A stretch of DNA of 64,000 nucleotides from an uncultured Methanoregulaceae archaeon (GTDB lineage: Archaea > Halobacteriota > Methanomicrobia > Methanomicrobiales > Methanospirillaceae): positions 864,001 through 928,000 of the forward strand of contig OY969564.1 in assembly GCA_963701095.1 (NCBI GenBank), in the 5' to 3' direction. Positions 21,305-32,890 of the stretch are shown here, piece by piece; positions within the stretch are counted from its first letter, which is position 1; every line of letters starts with the position of its first letter. The notes beneath the pieces are model-generated. The model did no database searches. It had not been told where the DNA came from and saw only the letters and a list, made by a program, of their open reading frames with translations. The position numbers and the translations under genes are program-made.

Positions 21305-21485
21305 CTTATCCTTTTTTTGGCTTCCGGTAAGCTTATCCACCGTCATGCATCAATGCTTTGCATACAATTATTAGAGCTCTCTAAATAATATCCCCCGACC
21401 GTAAACCAGCTGGCCCCTGGAATTTGTTCCATCTTTTTATTCCGGTTTTCAGGAGGTGCCAGACGGGTTCCGGGGGTAATGGATA

Positions 21486-24459
21486 ATGAGACAGATAACC
21501 GTAGTTATGATAGTTTACCTCGCCGTGGTTATCCTCCTCCTTATTCCGGGAGTTCAGGCAACCAAACCACTTCCAGATTTCTCTGCTAATGTCACATCTG
21601 GTAATGCACCACTGACCGTTTCGTTTACCGATTTATCTTCGAATAATCCCACCGGATGGGCCTGGTATTTCGGTGATGAGAATTATTCAGTCCCCTGGAC
21701 TGAAGTGACACCGGATTCCGGGTATCCTGCAAGGACCACCCAGAACACAGTTGTGATGCCGGACGGGAGTATTATCCTGATGGGTGGCTATAACGGTACC
21801 AATTGGTTGAACGATGTATGGCGATCGACTGATTATGGTAAAACATGGACACTCATGAACGCGAGTGCCGGGTGGTTGCCGAGAAACGGGTTTACCAGCG
21901 TGGCAATGCCGGATAACAGCATCGTGCTTATGGGGGGAACATCCGGCAACTATCCAAACATGAGTTTGTACAATGATGTGTGGCGGTCAACCGATGAGGG
22001 AGCGACCTGGACAGAGATGACTCCCCATGCAGCATGGACTGGCAGAAATTCACCGAGTAGTGTCGTTATGCCGGATGGCAGCATTATCCTGACCGGCGGC
22101 AGCGACGGCTGGTTTGTGTTTGAGAATGACGTATGGCGGTCAACCGACGAGGGAGCGACCTGGACGAGGGTAACCGCTGATGGCGGTTGGGTCCCCCGAT
22201 GCGGTCATACCACCGTGGTGACGCCGGATGGCAGTATCGTCCTCATGGGCGGGTACGAAGATATGCGGTTTACCAATGATGTCTGGCGATCGGCCGATTC
22301 CGGTAAAACGTGGCAACAAATGAACGCAAATCCGGGATGGTCAGCACGAAATGGTCAGACCACTGCTGTAATGCCGGATGGCAGTATCCTCCTGATGGGA
22401 GGTAATGACGACGTAGACTTTGTTCCGAGTCTTTCGAATGACGTATGGCGATCAACCGATGACGGTGCCACATGGACAGAGATAACACCGCATGCCCAAT
22501 GGTCAGCGCGGTCAGGTCAGAGCGGTGTTCTGATGCCCGACGGAAGTCTCGTCCTGATGGGCGGTAATAACGATGGCTACGGAGCAAGTGATCTCAAAGA
22601 TGTGTGGCAGTTCCAGCCTGCTGGATCGACCGAACAGAACCCGGTTCACACGTATATAAAACCGGGATCTTATCCTGTCTCATTGCAGGTATACAATAAT
22701 GACGGATTTATCAGCGTCCAGAAAGCGGGATACATCACTGTTCTCGCTCCGAATGCGGAATCAGGAAATATCACGGTGTCTTCAACGCCGTCAGGAGCGG
22801 AGATCTTCCTTGATAATACCGACACCGGCAATGTAACACCATATACGATTTCGAATGTTCCGGTAGGATCTCATTCGGTATATGTGACGCTTTCGGGATA
22901 CAAGATACCATTACCGGTCAGTGTAACAGTTTCCGCAGGGTCAACGACCCCGGCAGACTTTACCCTTGTCCAGATTCCCCCGAAACCGGTTCCTGATTTC
23001 TCTACTGATATTACTTCAGGTAAGGCACCGCTGACCGTTTCGTTCACCGATTTATCTTCGAATAACCCGACGGGCTGGGCCTGGTATTTTGGTGACGAAA
23101 ACTTTTCAGGACAATGGACACAGATGACCCCGCATGCGGCGTGGGCGGGACGATCCGGGCAGAGCGTTGTTGCGATGCCGGATGGAAATATCGTTTTGAC
23201 TGGTGGCAGCAAAGGTTTTCCCCAGAGTTTCAACGATGCCTGGCAATCTGGCGATAACGGTGCCACATGGTCGCTCGTGAATGCTTCTCCCTGGTCGCTG
23301 GGTAAAATCGGTCATTCAAGCGTCGTACTCCCTGATGCTAGCATCGTCACCATGAGCGGGGACAGCGGGAATGGCTGGTTCTCCGACGTATGGCGATCTG
23401 TCGATAAAGGAGTGACCTGGACGCAATTGACGCATGATGCCCCATGGGGAGCACGCATTGCGTTCCCAAGTGTTGCTATGCCCGATGGAAGTATCGGTAC
23501 TGATGGGAGGATTTGGCGGTTCCTTTACGTATCCTGATGATGTCTGGAAATCGACCGATGAAGGGTCAACGTGGACGCAGCTGACAGCCCATGCAGGATG
23601 GTCTCCCCGGGCCGGTCATACTGCCGTAGTAATGCCTGACGGAAATATTGTCGTGATGGGAGGTAACAATATCAACAGCCACGTCGTGTTTAACGATGTC
23701 TGGCGTTCATCGGATGGCGGGAAAACGTGGACACAGGTGAATGCAAGTGCCGGCTGGGCGCCGCGGGGATCTCTTTCAAGTGTGGTCATGCCGGACGGGA
23801 GTATTCTTCTGACGGGAGGAGATGACCTTAATGGTCATTACTACAACGACGTCTGGAGATCAACCGACGAAGGCTCGACGTGGGCACGGGTGAATCCGCA
23901 TGCCGGGTGGTCGGCACGAAGTTCTCTGTCAGCGGTTGCGATGCCGGATGGGAGCTTTATCATCATGGCAGGAAGTGGCCCGACCGTTGAAAACGATGTC
24001 TGGGGCCTTGAGACTGCCGGCTCATCAGCACAGAATCCAGTTCATACCTACACGAAACCGGGAACCTACCAGGTATCACTCCAGGCATACAATTCCGGCG
24101 GATTCGGCAGTATACGGAAGACAGAATATATCACCGTTCTTGCCCCTGATACCGGAACCCTTTTCGTGAACTCGACTCCGTCCGGTGCTGAGGTATATAT
24201 TGACGGTGTTGATACGGGAAATGTCACGCCGTGGACTTCCAGTCAGATGCTACCGGGTTCATACTCAGTCACGGTAAAACTCAAGGGATATCTTAACGGG
24301 ATTGCAAACGACGTCCAGGTTATCAGCGATACGGTGACCACACAGGACTTTACCATGGTCCCAAATATTCCAGAATTTCCCTCATTAGTGATACCATTGA
24401 CGGTAATCATCGGATTACTCGGGATGGTTCTGTTTATCCGGAGAATAAAAGAAAATTAA
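21486..24459 (+). CDS. Cell-surface protein: 2 x [PKD with inserted 6-bladed kelch/Asp-box propeller + PEGA], PEF-CTERM (frameshift at about 23497)
   Basis: Repeats of PDGSI.LMGG..NDVWRSTD.G.TW; PKD WAWYFGD/NPVHTY; PEGA V.STPSGAE.; IPEFPS + TM + RRIKEN. Confidence 0.88.
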
Positions 24460-24739
24460 TTTTTTCACAATAGACAGGTACGGAAAGGAATCACTTTAAC
24501 AGAGATTGAACCTTACCTTGATTATCTGAAAAATTCCCATTAGTTAACGTTCAATTTTATCCGCCATTACGGTAACAGAACCCATTTTTGAGTATGAATC
24601 CGACAAAATCAAGAGGAACAAGAGAGATTGGGGAAAAGGGACAGATTAAATACTCGAATAAAAACGAAAGTATGAAAACCCGGTTTACCAATCTTTAATG
24701 TGAGAAGATAGGCATAGTATTGATCAAGGAAGACGGTAT

Positions 24740-27700
24740 TTGTTCAATATCCTTTATGTCGATGATGAAGCCGCTTTGCTCGAAATAGGAAAACTCTTTT
24801 TAGAGGGCAGCGGGGAGATTTCCGTCGACACTATAACCTCTGCACCAGCAGCACTTACGTTGATGGAAAAAAAGTCCTACGATGCCATCATTGCAGACTA
24901 CCAGATGCCGGAAATGGATGGCATCGCATTCTTAAAGGAAGTAAGAACTGCGGGAAATACCATCCCGTTTATCCTTTTTACCGGACGCGGACGTGAAGAA
25001 ATAGTTATCCAGGCTTTAAATGAAGGGGCCGATTTTTACCTCCAGAAAGGAGGAGAGCCAAGAAGCCAGTTTGTCGAGCTCATGCATAAGATCCGGATTG
25101 CAATCGAACATCACCAGGCCGCAGAAAAAATACAATCTCTCACCAGGTTATACGCGGTTCTTTATGCAACCAATAAGGCTATCGTTCATTTCCGGACGAA
25201 GGGTGAATTTTTTTCTGAGATCTGCCGGATTCTCGTGGAAACCGGTGGATTACGTATGGCCTGGATCGGACTTGCTGACCAGGCAGCCATCCGTCCAGTC
25301 ACCTCTGCCGGACACGTCGACGGATACCTGGACAACTTCACCATCCCTATTGAGGATATTCCCCAGGGCCGTGGACCGACCGGGAGAGCGTACCGGGAAG
25401 GAAAATACTATTTCTCGAACGATATTTCCGGAGATCCCTGCATGGAACCGTGGCGGGAAAATGCCCTGAAACGCGGTTACCGGGCAAATGCTGCATTCCC
25501 GTTTGCCCTTGGAACAGAAAATGCCGGTGTTTTATGCATCTATGCCCCGGTGACCGGATTTTTTGATGAGCAGACCATCAGTCTCCTGGAGGAGCTGGCC
25601 ATCGAAATATCTTTTGCTCTCAGAACAATAGATGAGGAGACCAATCGAAAATCTGCGGAAGAGCTTTTACGCGAGAGCGAGAAGCGGTACCGCGCTCTCG
25701 TGGAAAACGTCATTGATATCGTGTACCAGACAGATCTCAACAGTACAATTACTTTCGTGACTCCCTCGGCCCTTCATTTGCTGGGGTATGACACCCTTGA
25801 CGACTTAATCGGCCGCCCCATTACCTCATTCTGGGCAGATCCGGAAAAGCGTAATGAACTGCTTGCAAGAATGAAAGAAAAGGGTTATGTGAACGATTAC
25901 GAAGTCATTGTCCTGAACCGGGATGGTTCTGAGATTCCAGTTTCAATAAGCAGCCATTTCTATCATGACAATACCGGACGTATCGCAGGAGTTGAGGGGA
26001 TCATCCGCGATATTCGTGAGCGTAAACGCTCGGAGAAGGCGCTGCGCGAGAGTGAGGCACATTTAAAACGTGCAGAAGAGATTGGCAGGTCTGGGAGTGG
26101 GAGTTCCGACTGAGTGAAAATGCGGTTACCGCTTCTGAGGGGGCTCGTAGTATTTATGGTCTGGGAAAAACGCAGTCGACCATTGATAATGTCCAAAAAC
26201 TTCCTCTTCCCGAATACCGATCTCTTCTCGACACTGCCGTAAAGGACCTTATCGCCGGGAAATCCCCTTACAATGTTGAGTTTAAGATCCGGAGGCAATC
26301 CGATGGAGCCGTTCTGGATATTCATTCCATCGCAGAGTACGATCCCGGGCGGAACGTAGTATTCGGTGTTATTCACGATATTACCGAGCGCAGGCGTGCT
26401 GATAAAGCCTTAATTGAGAGCGAGGCTCTTTTTCAGGGGGTCTTTTCCCAGTCGACCCAGCTGACGGGTGTACTTGACCTGCAGGGAAGACTTACCCGGG
26501 CAAATGCCGCAGCCATGGCCCTCATCGGCACAGATTTGGACCAGGTTATAGGCAAACCCTTTTGGGAAACACCCTGGTGGTCTAATGATCCCGACACCCA
26601 GGCCGCCATGAAGGATGCAATAACCCGGGCCGTCCATGGGGAAACCGTTCACTTCGACGCAATCCACAAAGATACTGCAGGAAATGTCCATTATATCGAT
26701 TTCTTCTTAAAACCGGTGGTGGATTCTAGGGGTAATATAATCGCACTCTTACCGGAAGGCCGGGACATCACCGAACGCAAACAGTCTAAGGAAGCCCTTA
26801 CGGAAAAGGAAATGATGTTTCAGACTGTTTTCGAGAACAGCCCCTATCCTATATCGATTAACAGTACCTGCTGACGGGAAATTTATTGCAGTCAATTCAG
26901 CATTCCTGCGGAGCAGCGAATATACTGAACAAGAAATCCTGGGAAAGAATCCTGTTGAATTGGGCCTGCTCTCTCTTGGAGATTTTGTTAAATTGACAGC
27001 TCAGATGGTACTCCATGGCAAGCTTGACAACATTCCTATGACGACAAAAAGCAAATCGGGTAAACGAGTGAATGTGCAATATTCCACAATCCCGATTAAG
27101 ATCAATGGCAAGCCGGCGATGATGACCATAACGGCGGAAATAACCAAGCTGAAACGGGTTGAAGAAGAACTTCTGGAGAAAAATCTGGATCTTCAGGAAA
27201 GCGAGGAGAAATTCCGGGTTACTTTTGATACAGCCCAGTCTGCCTTGATCATTCTGGAAAATGCCGCTGACGGAATGCCGGGAAAAATAATTGATGTAAA
27301 TACTACGGCCTATGAACAGCTCGGTTACACGAAAGATGAGCTGTGTTCGAAGAATTTCTTCGATCTCGATGCGGAAGAATATCGTGATGAGATCGTTCGT
27401 CAGATGACCCGGTTATCCACACAGAAATCCGGAACCTATGAATCTGTCAGGATAAGGAAAGACGGGACAAGGTTTCCCGTTGACATTAATATTCACCGGG
27501 CTGTAATGAATGGAAAAGAGGTTATCATGACCTCCGCTCGTGACATCACCAAGCGCAAACAGACCGAAGCGGCGCTGCATCAAGAAGAGGCACAATACCG
27601 CAGGATTTACGAGACTGCAACCGAAGGAATATGGGGACTTGACGAAGGGTTCCATATACAATTTGTCAATCCGATGATGGCAAAGATGCTTGGATATTCA

Positions 27701-28978
27701 ATCGAGGAGATCATCGGCCACCATGTAACGGACTTCGTCGTCCAAGATGAAATGAGCGATGCCGAACAACACTTTGAGCAACGGAGAAAAGGGATAAATG
27801 AACAGTTCGAACGCCGGTACAAACGTAAGGACGGTTCGATTATTACCCTTCTCGTTTCAGCTTCGCCGGTCTTTGGAGATGACGGGAAATTCAAAGGCTC
27901 GTTTGCCATGTTTACGGATATTACTGATCGCAAACGGGCGGAAAAGGCACTCCTTGAAAGCGAGCAGCGTTACCGGGAACTTGTTGAGAACCTGAACGAT
28001 GTGATATTCACCGTTGATCCAAATGGTATTATCACGTATTTTAGCCCGATAGGGGAACGTCATTACGGATATTCTCCCTCTGATTTGTTGGGAAAACCAT
28101 TTACAAGCATTGTGTTTAAGGAAGATTTGAACGCGCTTGTGAAAAGATTCAAGGAGATTAAACACGGGATCATTGAACCATTTGAATGGCGCCTGACAGC
28201 GAAGAACGGTGAGCATATCTGGGTAAGAACCTCGACTAAGCCAGTCTCGGATGGCACCGGTACCAACAGCTATTTAGGTATTATCTCAGATATTTCCCAA
28301 CAGAAACTGGCTGAAGATGCAATAAAACTGGCAAACCACAAACTCAATCTCCTCTCGTCAATCACCCGCCATGATATCACGAACCAGCTTATGGCTCTGG
28401 TTGCTTACTTTGAAATTTCCAGAAAATATCTTAATAATCCGGATAAGATCGGAGAGTTTATCGACAAAGAAAAGGTTATTACGGGAATTATCAACAACCA
28501 GATCACTTTCACCAAGGATTATGAGAATCTCGGCGTAAAGGCTCCTGTATGGCAGAACGTATCGGTAGTGATCAAGCAAACAATCACCGGGCTTCCGGCG
28601 AGGAATATCCGGATCGAAGTTGTCGATCCCTTACCGGAAGTTTTTGCAGATCATCTCTTTGGGAAGGTATTCTATAACCTCATTGACAATGCGTTCCGGT
28701 ACGGCGGCGAAAAGATGACAACGATCCGGATTTACACCCGAAAATCAGAAGCCGGGGCGGTCATTTTTGTTGAGGATGATGGGGCGGGAATAATGCCAGG
28801 AGATAAAGAACGACTGTTCGAACGGGGGTTCGGGAAAAATACCGGGCTTGGTCTTTTCCTCTCCCGCGAGATCCTTTCCATAACCGGCATAACTATCACT
28901 GAAACCGGTGAGCCGGGGAAAGGTGCCCGGTTTGAGATCCTGGTTCCGGAAGGGAAATTTCGGTTCCACAGTCATTAA
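24740..28978 (+). CDS. Hybrid sensor histidine kinase REC-GAF-multiPAS-HisKA-HATPase (frameshifts at about 26098 and 26869)
   Basis: REC (LYVDD, IADYQMP, LQKG), GAF, several PAS/PAC (DIT.RK), H-box ITRHDI, NLIDNA, DDGAG, GLGLF; fragments join as GSWEFRLSEN and INSTADGKF. Confidence 0.88.
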
Positions 28979-29082
28979 AGATTTTAAACCCGGGTCCTGT
29001 AAACCTGTTGAGGAAACAGCACCTTACAGATAATGGGATATAAGAAAACATATTTAATGATCGCCGGTTAAAGTGGGCGGGT

Positions 29083-29670
29083 ATGTTGGCAGAGCATATT
29101 ATTTACAATGCTGCCATTGCGATAATCGTCGGGATGCTCTTTGTCCGGTATTTCGGACGTGACACTACATGGATAATCATTCTCGTTTCCTGGGCTCCGG
29201 ACCTTGATCTTTTCGCCAAAGGGATCCTGAATAAAATCGGGATAACCCTGCTTTTTTACGGCCAGCCCATCCAGCACGGAACATTCCACAATATCGCGGC
29301 CATGGTTATCTTTGGCATAATCGTAGCGTTCCTTCTTGCTCCGTTCGGTCTCAGGTTCTTTGATTCAATGTTCTTTGCCATGATCGGTTTTGGGGGTCAC
29401 CTTTTCGAAGATGCATTGGTATACCTCACAGATTACCGGTATTTTTGGCCTTTTTCCAACAAATTAATGGGACTTTCCTGGCTTCCGGTGGGTACGCCGT
29501 ATAAAGCAACTTTTTTCCATATTGCTAATACGGAAGTCCTTGTTATCGGACTCGTTCTCCTTTCCGTTGCCATTATGATCCGGACCAGGGTCGAGGGCCA
29601 TGGATGGATCCGGTGGTACATGCCGGATAAAGTATATCAGCGTTTTTTTGCAAAAACCTCCCCCTCGTAA
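29083..29670 (+). CDS. Membrane-bound metal-dependent hydrolase (YdjM-like)
   Basis: H near N-terminus, PDLD, HGTFHN, HLFED, FWPF. Confidence 0.8.
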   Translation: MLAEHIIYNAAIAIIVGMLFVRYFGRDTTWIIILVSWAPDLDLFAKGILNKIGITLLFYGQPIQHGTFHNIAAMVIFGIIVAFLLAPFGLRFFDSMFFAMIGFGGHLFEDALVYLTDYRYFWPFSNKLMGLSWLPVGTPYKATFFHIANTEVLVIGLVLLSVAIMIRTRVEGHGWIRWYMPDKVYQRFFAKTSPS

Positions 29671-30344
29671 GAAATTTTTGACGATGTTCCAGGAGGAGGA
29701 CTTTTCAGTTCCCTTTTGAATTGTGGGACTTTTTAGACGTATGGCAATTATGAGTTACGTTGTGTAAATGCCATTTTTATCAGTCGTAAGTATATCCCAC
29801 TTCATTCGTTTTTTGGATGAATGATCTAATGTTAATCCGCATAGATATTCCAATGCCAATTATAATTTCCTGATAAATCTTGCCGGGAATCGCTGGGAGA
29901 TGATGATTGGATTGGGGTAACAAAATAATCTCTTATCAAGAGGTTTGTTTTAATTAATCCATCGTAGATGCAGCAGAACAAAAACAAAAAAAATTACACC
30001 AAAGACCTGATAAACCCGAATTTATACAGCAGGTATATGAAAAGGATGAACAGCAGAATAAAAAAACTTATGACAATTTTTCTATTGCGTTGTGATGTAG
30101 CGTCCATCCACTCGAAAAATCCGACCATGCCTTTCCTCAAATGATACATTCAAATTTCAATTAAATATATTTGCCTCAGATTCGGCGGAGATTGTGGGGC
30201 ATCTAATCGACGTGTTCTCATTCGTGATTATTGTTAGTACATTCCTCCAAATCTTTATGGCATTGTTCGGGGCATCACCGTTCCCCCACTAATCCAATCT
30301 CTCTTTTTTAGGATAAGAACCCCAGTAAGACGCTCTAAAAAATG

Positions 30345-30842
30345 TTACAATGTAGTCTCAGCAATTACCTGGGTCGCTCCACTCGTAAAATGCCCGACAC
30401 AAATGACATTATCATTTCCGGGGTTATTGGCAGGGAAAGTTCCTTTGGTTCCAACTGGCAAAATGGTTTGCCCGTATGGATCGCGTATGTCTCCCTGGTA
30501 TACACCATTGACAGATACGGTGATATATTCTAAACTTGCAGCGTCCTGACCCCCCTGGTAAGAAATGGATACGCCGGAACCGATGCGGAATAAGGTAACT
30601 GCAACAACGTAGGTATTTTGGGGTTGCCCGGCATTTTCCGTAGTCATTGCGCCGGGCGATCCTGTTTGTACTCCATTTGTTGGAAGAGGGCACGTTTGAG
30701 ATCCACAGTTAGTTTGTTCTGTTGGAGGGATTGTTTGCTGCGCATTACTTCCAGTAGATGGAATCTGAGCACATCCGGCAATAATCACGGTCAATACAAG
30801 AACCAATGAAATGGAAATTACAACAAAATGAGATTTTTTCAT
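30345..30842 (-). CDS. Putative lipoprotein with C-terminal archaeal pilin-like domain
   Basis: IIAGC lipobox; T/P/Q linker; VAVT...ISYQGGQDAASL..ITVSVNG...VGHF.SG..QVI. Confidence 0.6.
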   Translation of the reverse strand: MKKSHFVVISISLVLVLTVIIAGCAQIPSTGSNAQQTIPPTEQTNCGSQTCPLPTNGVQTGSPGAMTTENAGQPQNTYVVAVTLFRIGSGVSISYQGGQDAASLEYITVSVNGVYQGDIRDPYGQTILPVGTKGTFPANNPGNDNVICVGHFTSGATQVIAETTL

Positions 30843-31053
30843 GTTAATGAGTCCTCAGCCAATACTCATAATAAATATTATATAAAGTACAACCGTTTGG
30901 CGCGTTTAAGCGCGTTGGAAACAATTATCTTGCTTTTCGGCTTGACTAACCTCCTTTCTGTGCGGATTGGTGGATTGATTTCCGAAATGACTTTTTTGAA
31001 TGGCGCAAGAACCACTTCAACAGAAATTGAGGGTTCTGTTAACTTTGTAAGGG

Positions 31054-31641
31054 ATGATTTTGACTGTTAACCAGAGTGGGATACAACCTAACAACTTTAA
31101 AGAACTTTCATTGGTAATTCTGGTTTACATGGTTTTGGAGTCCCTAAAGGGAAATGAGCAATATGTGAACACCCTGATACCATTGGTATATTGGGCGGGA
31201 GCTCTTGCAAGTCTTATTCCAACTTATACTTCTAATCATGTCATCACTCCAACCATCATAATTTCTATTATGTTTTTTATTAGCGGGATAACCCTTACCG
31301 CATTACAATTTATGTATCACGACATAATCGGGAACATATTTGAAAAAGATAAAGTAAAAATCGAAGATTTAACTTTGGATAAAATTGAGTTAATATCTCA
31401 TAAAAAAGATATGATAATTGTCACTATTGTTATAATCGGATATGGTTTTACCTCGTTCATCCTCATGTGTCTCAATGTAATAAATAATCAATCCGAAGTG
31501 CCATTATCTGTAACTCTCTTATTAATCGCTCTCTATCTGGTTGCAATTGTTTTCCTCGTGCTTTTATTATTATTTGGCAGGGGTCATTTGAAGGAAGTCA
31601 TTTCAGAGATATACGAGAAACGCAAAGATGGAGAGGATTAA
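31054..31641 (+). CDS. AT-rich hypothetical membrane protein
   Basis: About 4 hydrophobic helices; start uncertain (ATG 31129 alternative). Confidence 0.55.
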   Translation: MILTVNQSGIQPNNFKELSLVILVYMVLESLKGNEQYVNTLIPLVYWAGALASLIPTYTSNHVITPTIIISIMFFISGITLTALQFMYHDIIGNIFEKDKVKIEDLTLDKIELISHKKDMIIVTIVIIGYGFTSFILMCLNVINNQSEVPLSVTLLLIALYLVAIVFLVLLLLFGRGHLKEVISEIYEKRKDGED

Positions 31642-31848
31642 CGGTGAAATCCGCGACAGGGAAAAGACCATGAGGGGATTAAAGAAGAAGAGTACCCCGA
31701 TCCTGAAAGGAATGCAGGTCTATCACAACTATATTAAGCCGCACGAAGGGCTCGACGGAAAAACACGGCTGAGGCTTGCGGGATACAAGTAAACGGAGAA
31801 AATAAATGGATAACTTTAATCCAGAACGCTGCAACGGCAGCAAAATAA
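31625..31848 (+). mobile_element. C-terminal remnant of an archaeal IS6-like DDE transposase (not in ORF track)
   Basis: KMERINGEIRDREKTMRGLKKKSTPILKGMQVYHNYIKPHEGLDGKT(fs)AEACGIQVNGENKWITLIQNAA; ER.N and YHN..RPH..L.G.TP motifs of integrase-core/DDE enzymes. Confidence 0.8.
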
Positions 31849-31850
31849 TT

Positions 31851-32366
31851 TTAATAAAACATCCCGTCTGGAGATGTTTTTGGGAAATCTTCACCGCTTT
31901 TTTGTATAACTTGTTGGTGACCTAATACGGAATTAATAAATGCTAATCCTCTTCCCCCAACAGCTGACAAAGCTCTTACTGCGTTATCGAAATCCCTTAC
32001 GGAAAATGTTGATTCGTGTGGGAACAGCCTTCTTGATAAGTGATATCCTCTAAGATGCCCATTCTCAGGAATGAAAACCATCGTTACTTCAGGATCAAAA
32101 ATTGCGGATTTTATCCCATAAATAAATTGAGGGTCAAGATCGACCTTTTCAATTTGTTCGATTAATTTAGGGTCAGTGTACTTTACTGTATAAAACAGCA
32201 AACAATGATCAAGTTCGCGTTTTTTCTCCAACAAAAGGATAGTTCCATCCCCAGTTTTTAGGGTAAGATACCAGTAATCATCTTCTTTATGCTCGTTAAT
32301 AATTTCTATTTGAAGTCTTTTGCAATAATGCTTAAAAACTGACATTTCTTTTTCGGAATTATTCAT
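31851..32366 (-). CDS. Hypothetical protein (AT-rich, possible transposon passenger)
   Basis: 171 aa ORF converging on the transposase remnant, stop codons 2 bp apart. Confidence 0.6.
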   Translation of the reverse strand: MNNSEKEMSVFKHYCKRLQIEIINEHKEDDYWYLTLKTGDGTILLLEKKRELDHCLLFYTVKYTDPKLIEQIEKVDLDPQFIYGIKSAIFDPEVTMVFIPENGHLRGYHLSRRLFPHESTFSVRDFDNAVRALSAVGGRGLAFINSVLGHQQVIQKSGEDFPKTSPDGMFY

Positions 32367-32544
32367 GCTGAGCTCTTTTTATTGCGGAGATCGAATTCAC
32401 TCCTAATAATCTTGCATCTTTTGGGATGATATTACCAATATTTTGAGCATATGGTTCAAACTTCTCTCCTTCCGCTAACCAAAGCGTATTGATCACAAAC
32501 CCACCCGCATTTGGAGACGCACGATCCCGGCATGGTGTTGACAT
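32359..32544 (-). CDS. Small hypothetical protein
   Basis: 61 aa ORF overlapping the start of the downstream gene; TATA-like sequence at about 32568-32575. Confidence 0.4.
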   Translation of the reverse strand: MSTPCRDRASPNAGGFVINTLWLAEGEKFEPYAQNIGNIIPKDARLLGVNSISAIKRAQHE

Positions 32545-32670
32545 AATACAACATCATGTCACTCTGATTATAAAAAAGTCTCGATATGAGATAGAGCCAC
32601 CCCCCGACTTTTGACAGCGTTTTTCAGCATACTCCACCCCCCGCAGACTTTACAGAACCTACCACACAAC

Positions 32671-32720
32671 ATTTTATATACTATATCACCCTAACTTATG
32701 GTTAACCATCCGAAAGGAGG
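32671..32720 (+). promoter_or_regulatory. Chaperone operon promoter: TATA (TTTTATATA), HSR1-like palindrome CTAAC-N5-GTTAA (32691-32705), RBS AGGAGG
   Basis: Directly visible; one mismatch from the Archaeoglobus HSR1 site CTAAC-N5-GTTAG. Confidence 0.6.
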
Positions 32721-32729
32721 TTTACACTT

Positions 32730-32873
32730 ATGACTGAAACCAACGGCGTAAAACTTACAATCAAGAAAACAAGAGGTGAAGACATCGGCCGTCGTATGGC
32801 GACCTTACCCTGGCAAGTGAGAGGCCGGCTGAACATATCCAGTGGCGACATCGTAAACACTGGTATGGGATGA
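32730..32873 (+). pseudogene. 47-aa N-terminal stub of a CDC48-like gene (not in ORF track)
   Basis: MTETNGVKLTIKKTRGEDIGRRMATLPWQVRGRLNISSGDIV aligns with [42 protein letters not shown] at 14838. Confidence 0.65.
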
Positions 32874-32890
32874 GCACGAGGAGGACTTTA

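Noticed and set aside
29700..30340. Possible decayed membrane-protein gene on the minus strand
   Set aside because: Only short hydrophobic stretches with stops in AT-rich DNA; cannot be supported without a search.
31019..31052. GGTTCTGTT as an IS6 left end
   Set aside because: It matches only 9 bp of known IS6 ends, does not pair well with the candidate right end, and also forms a local hairpin.
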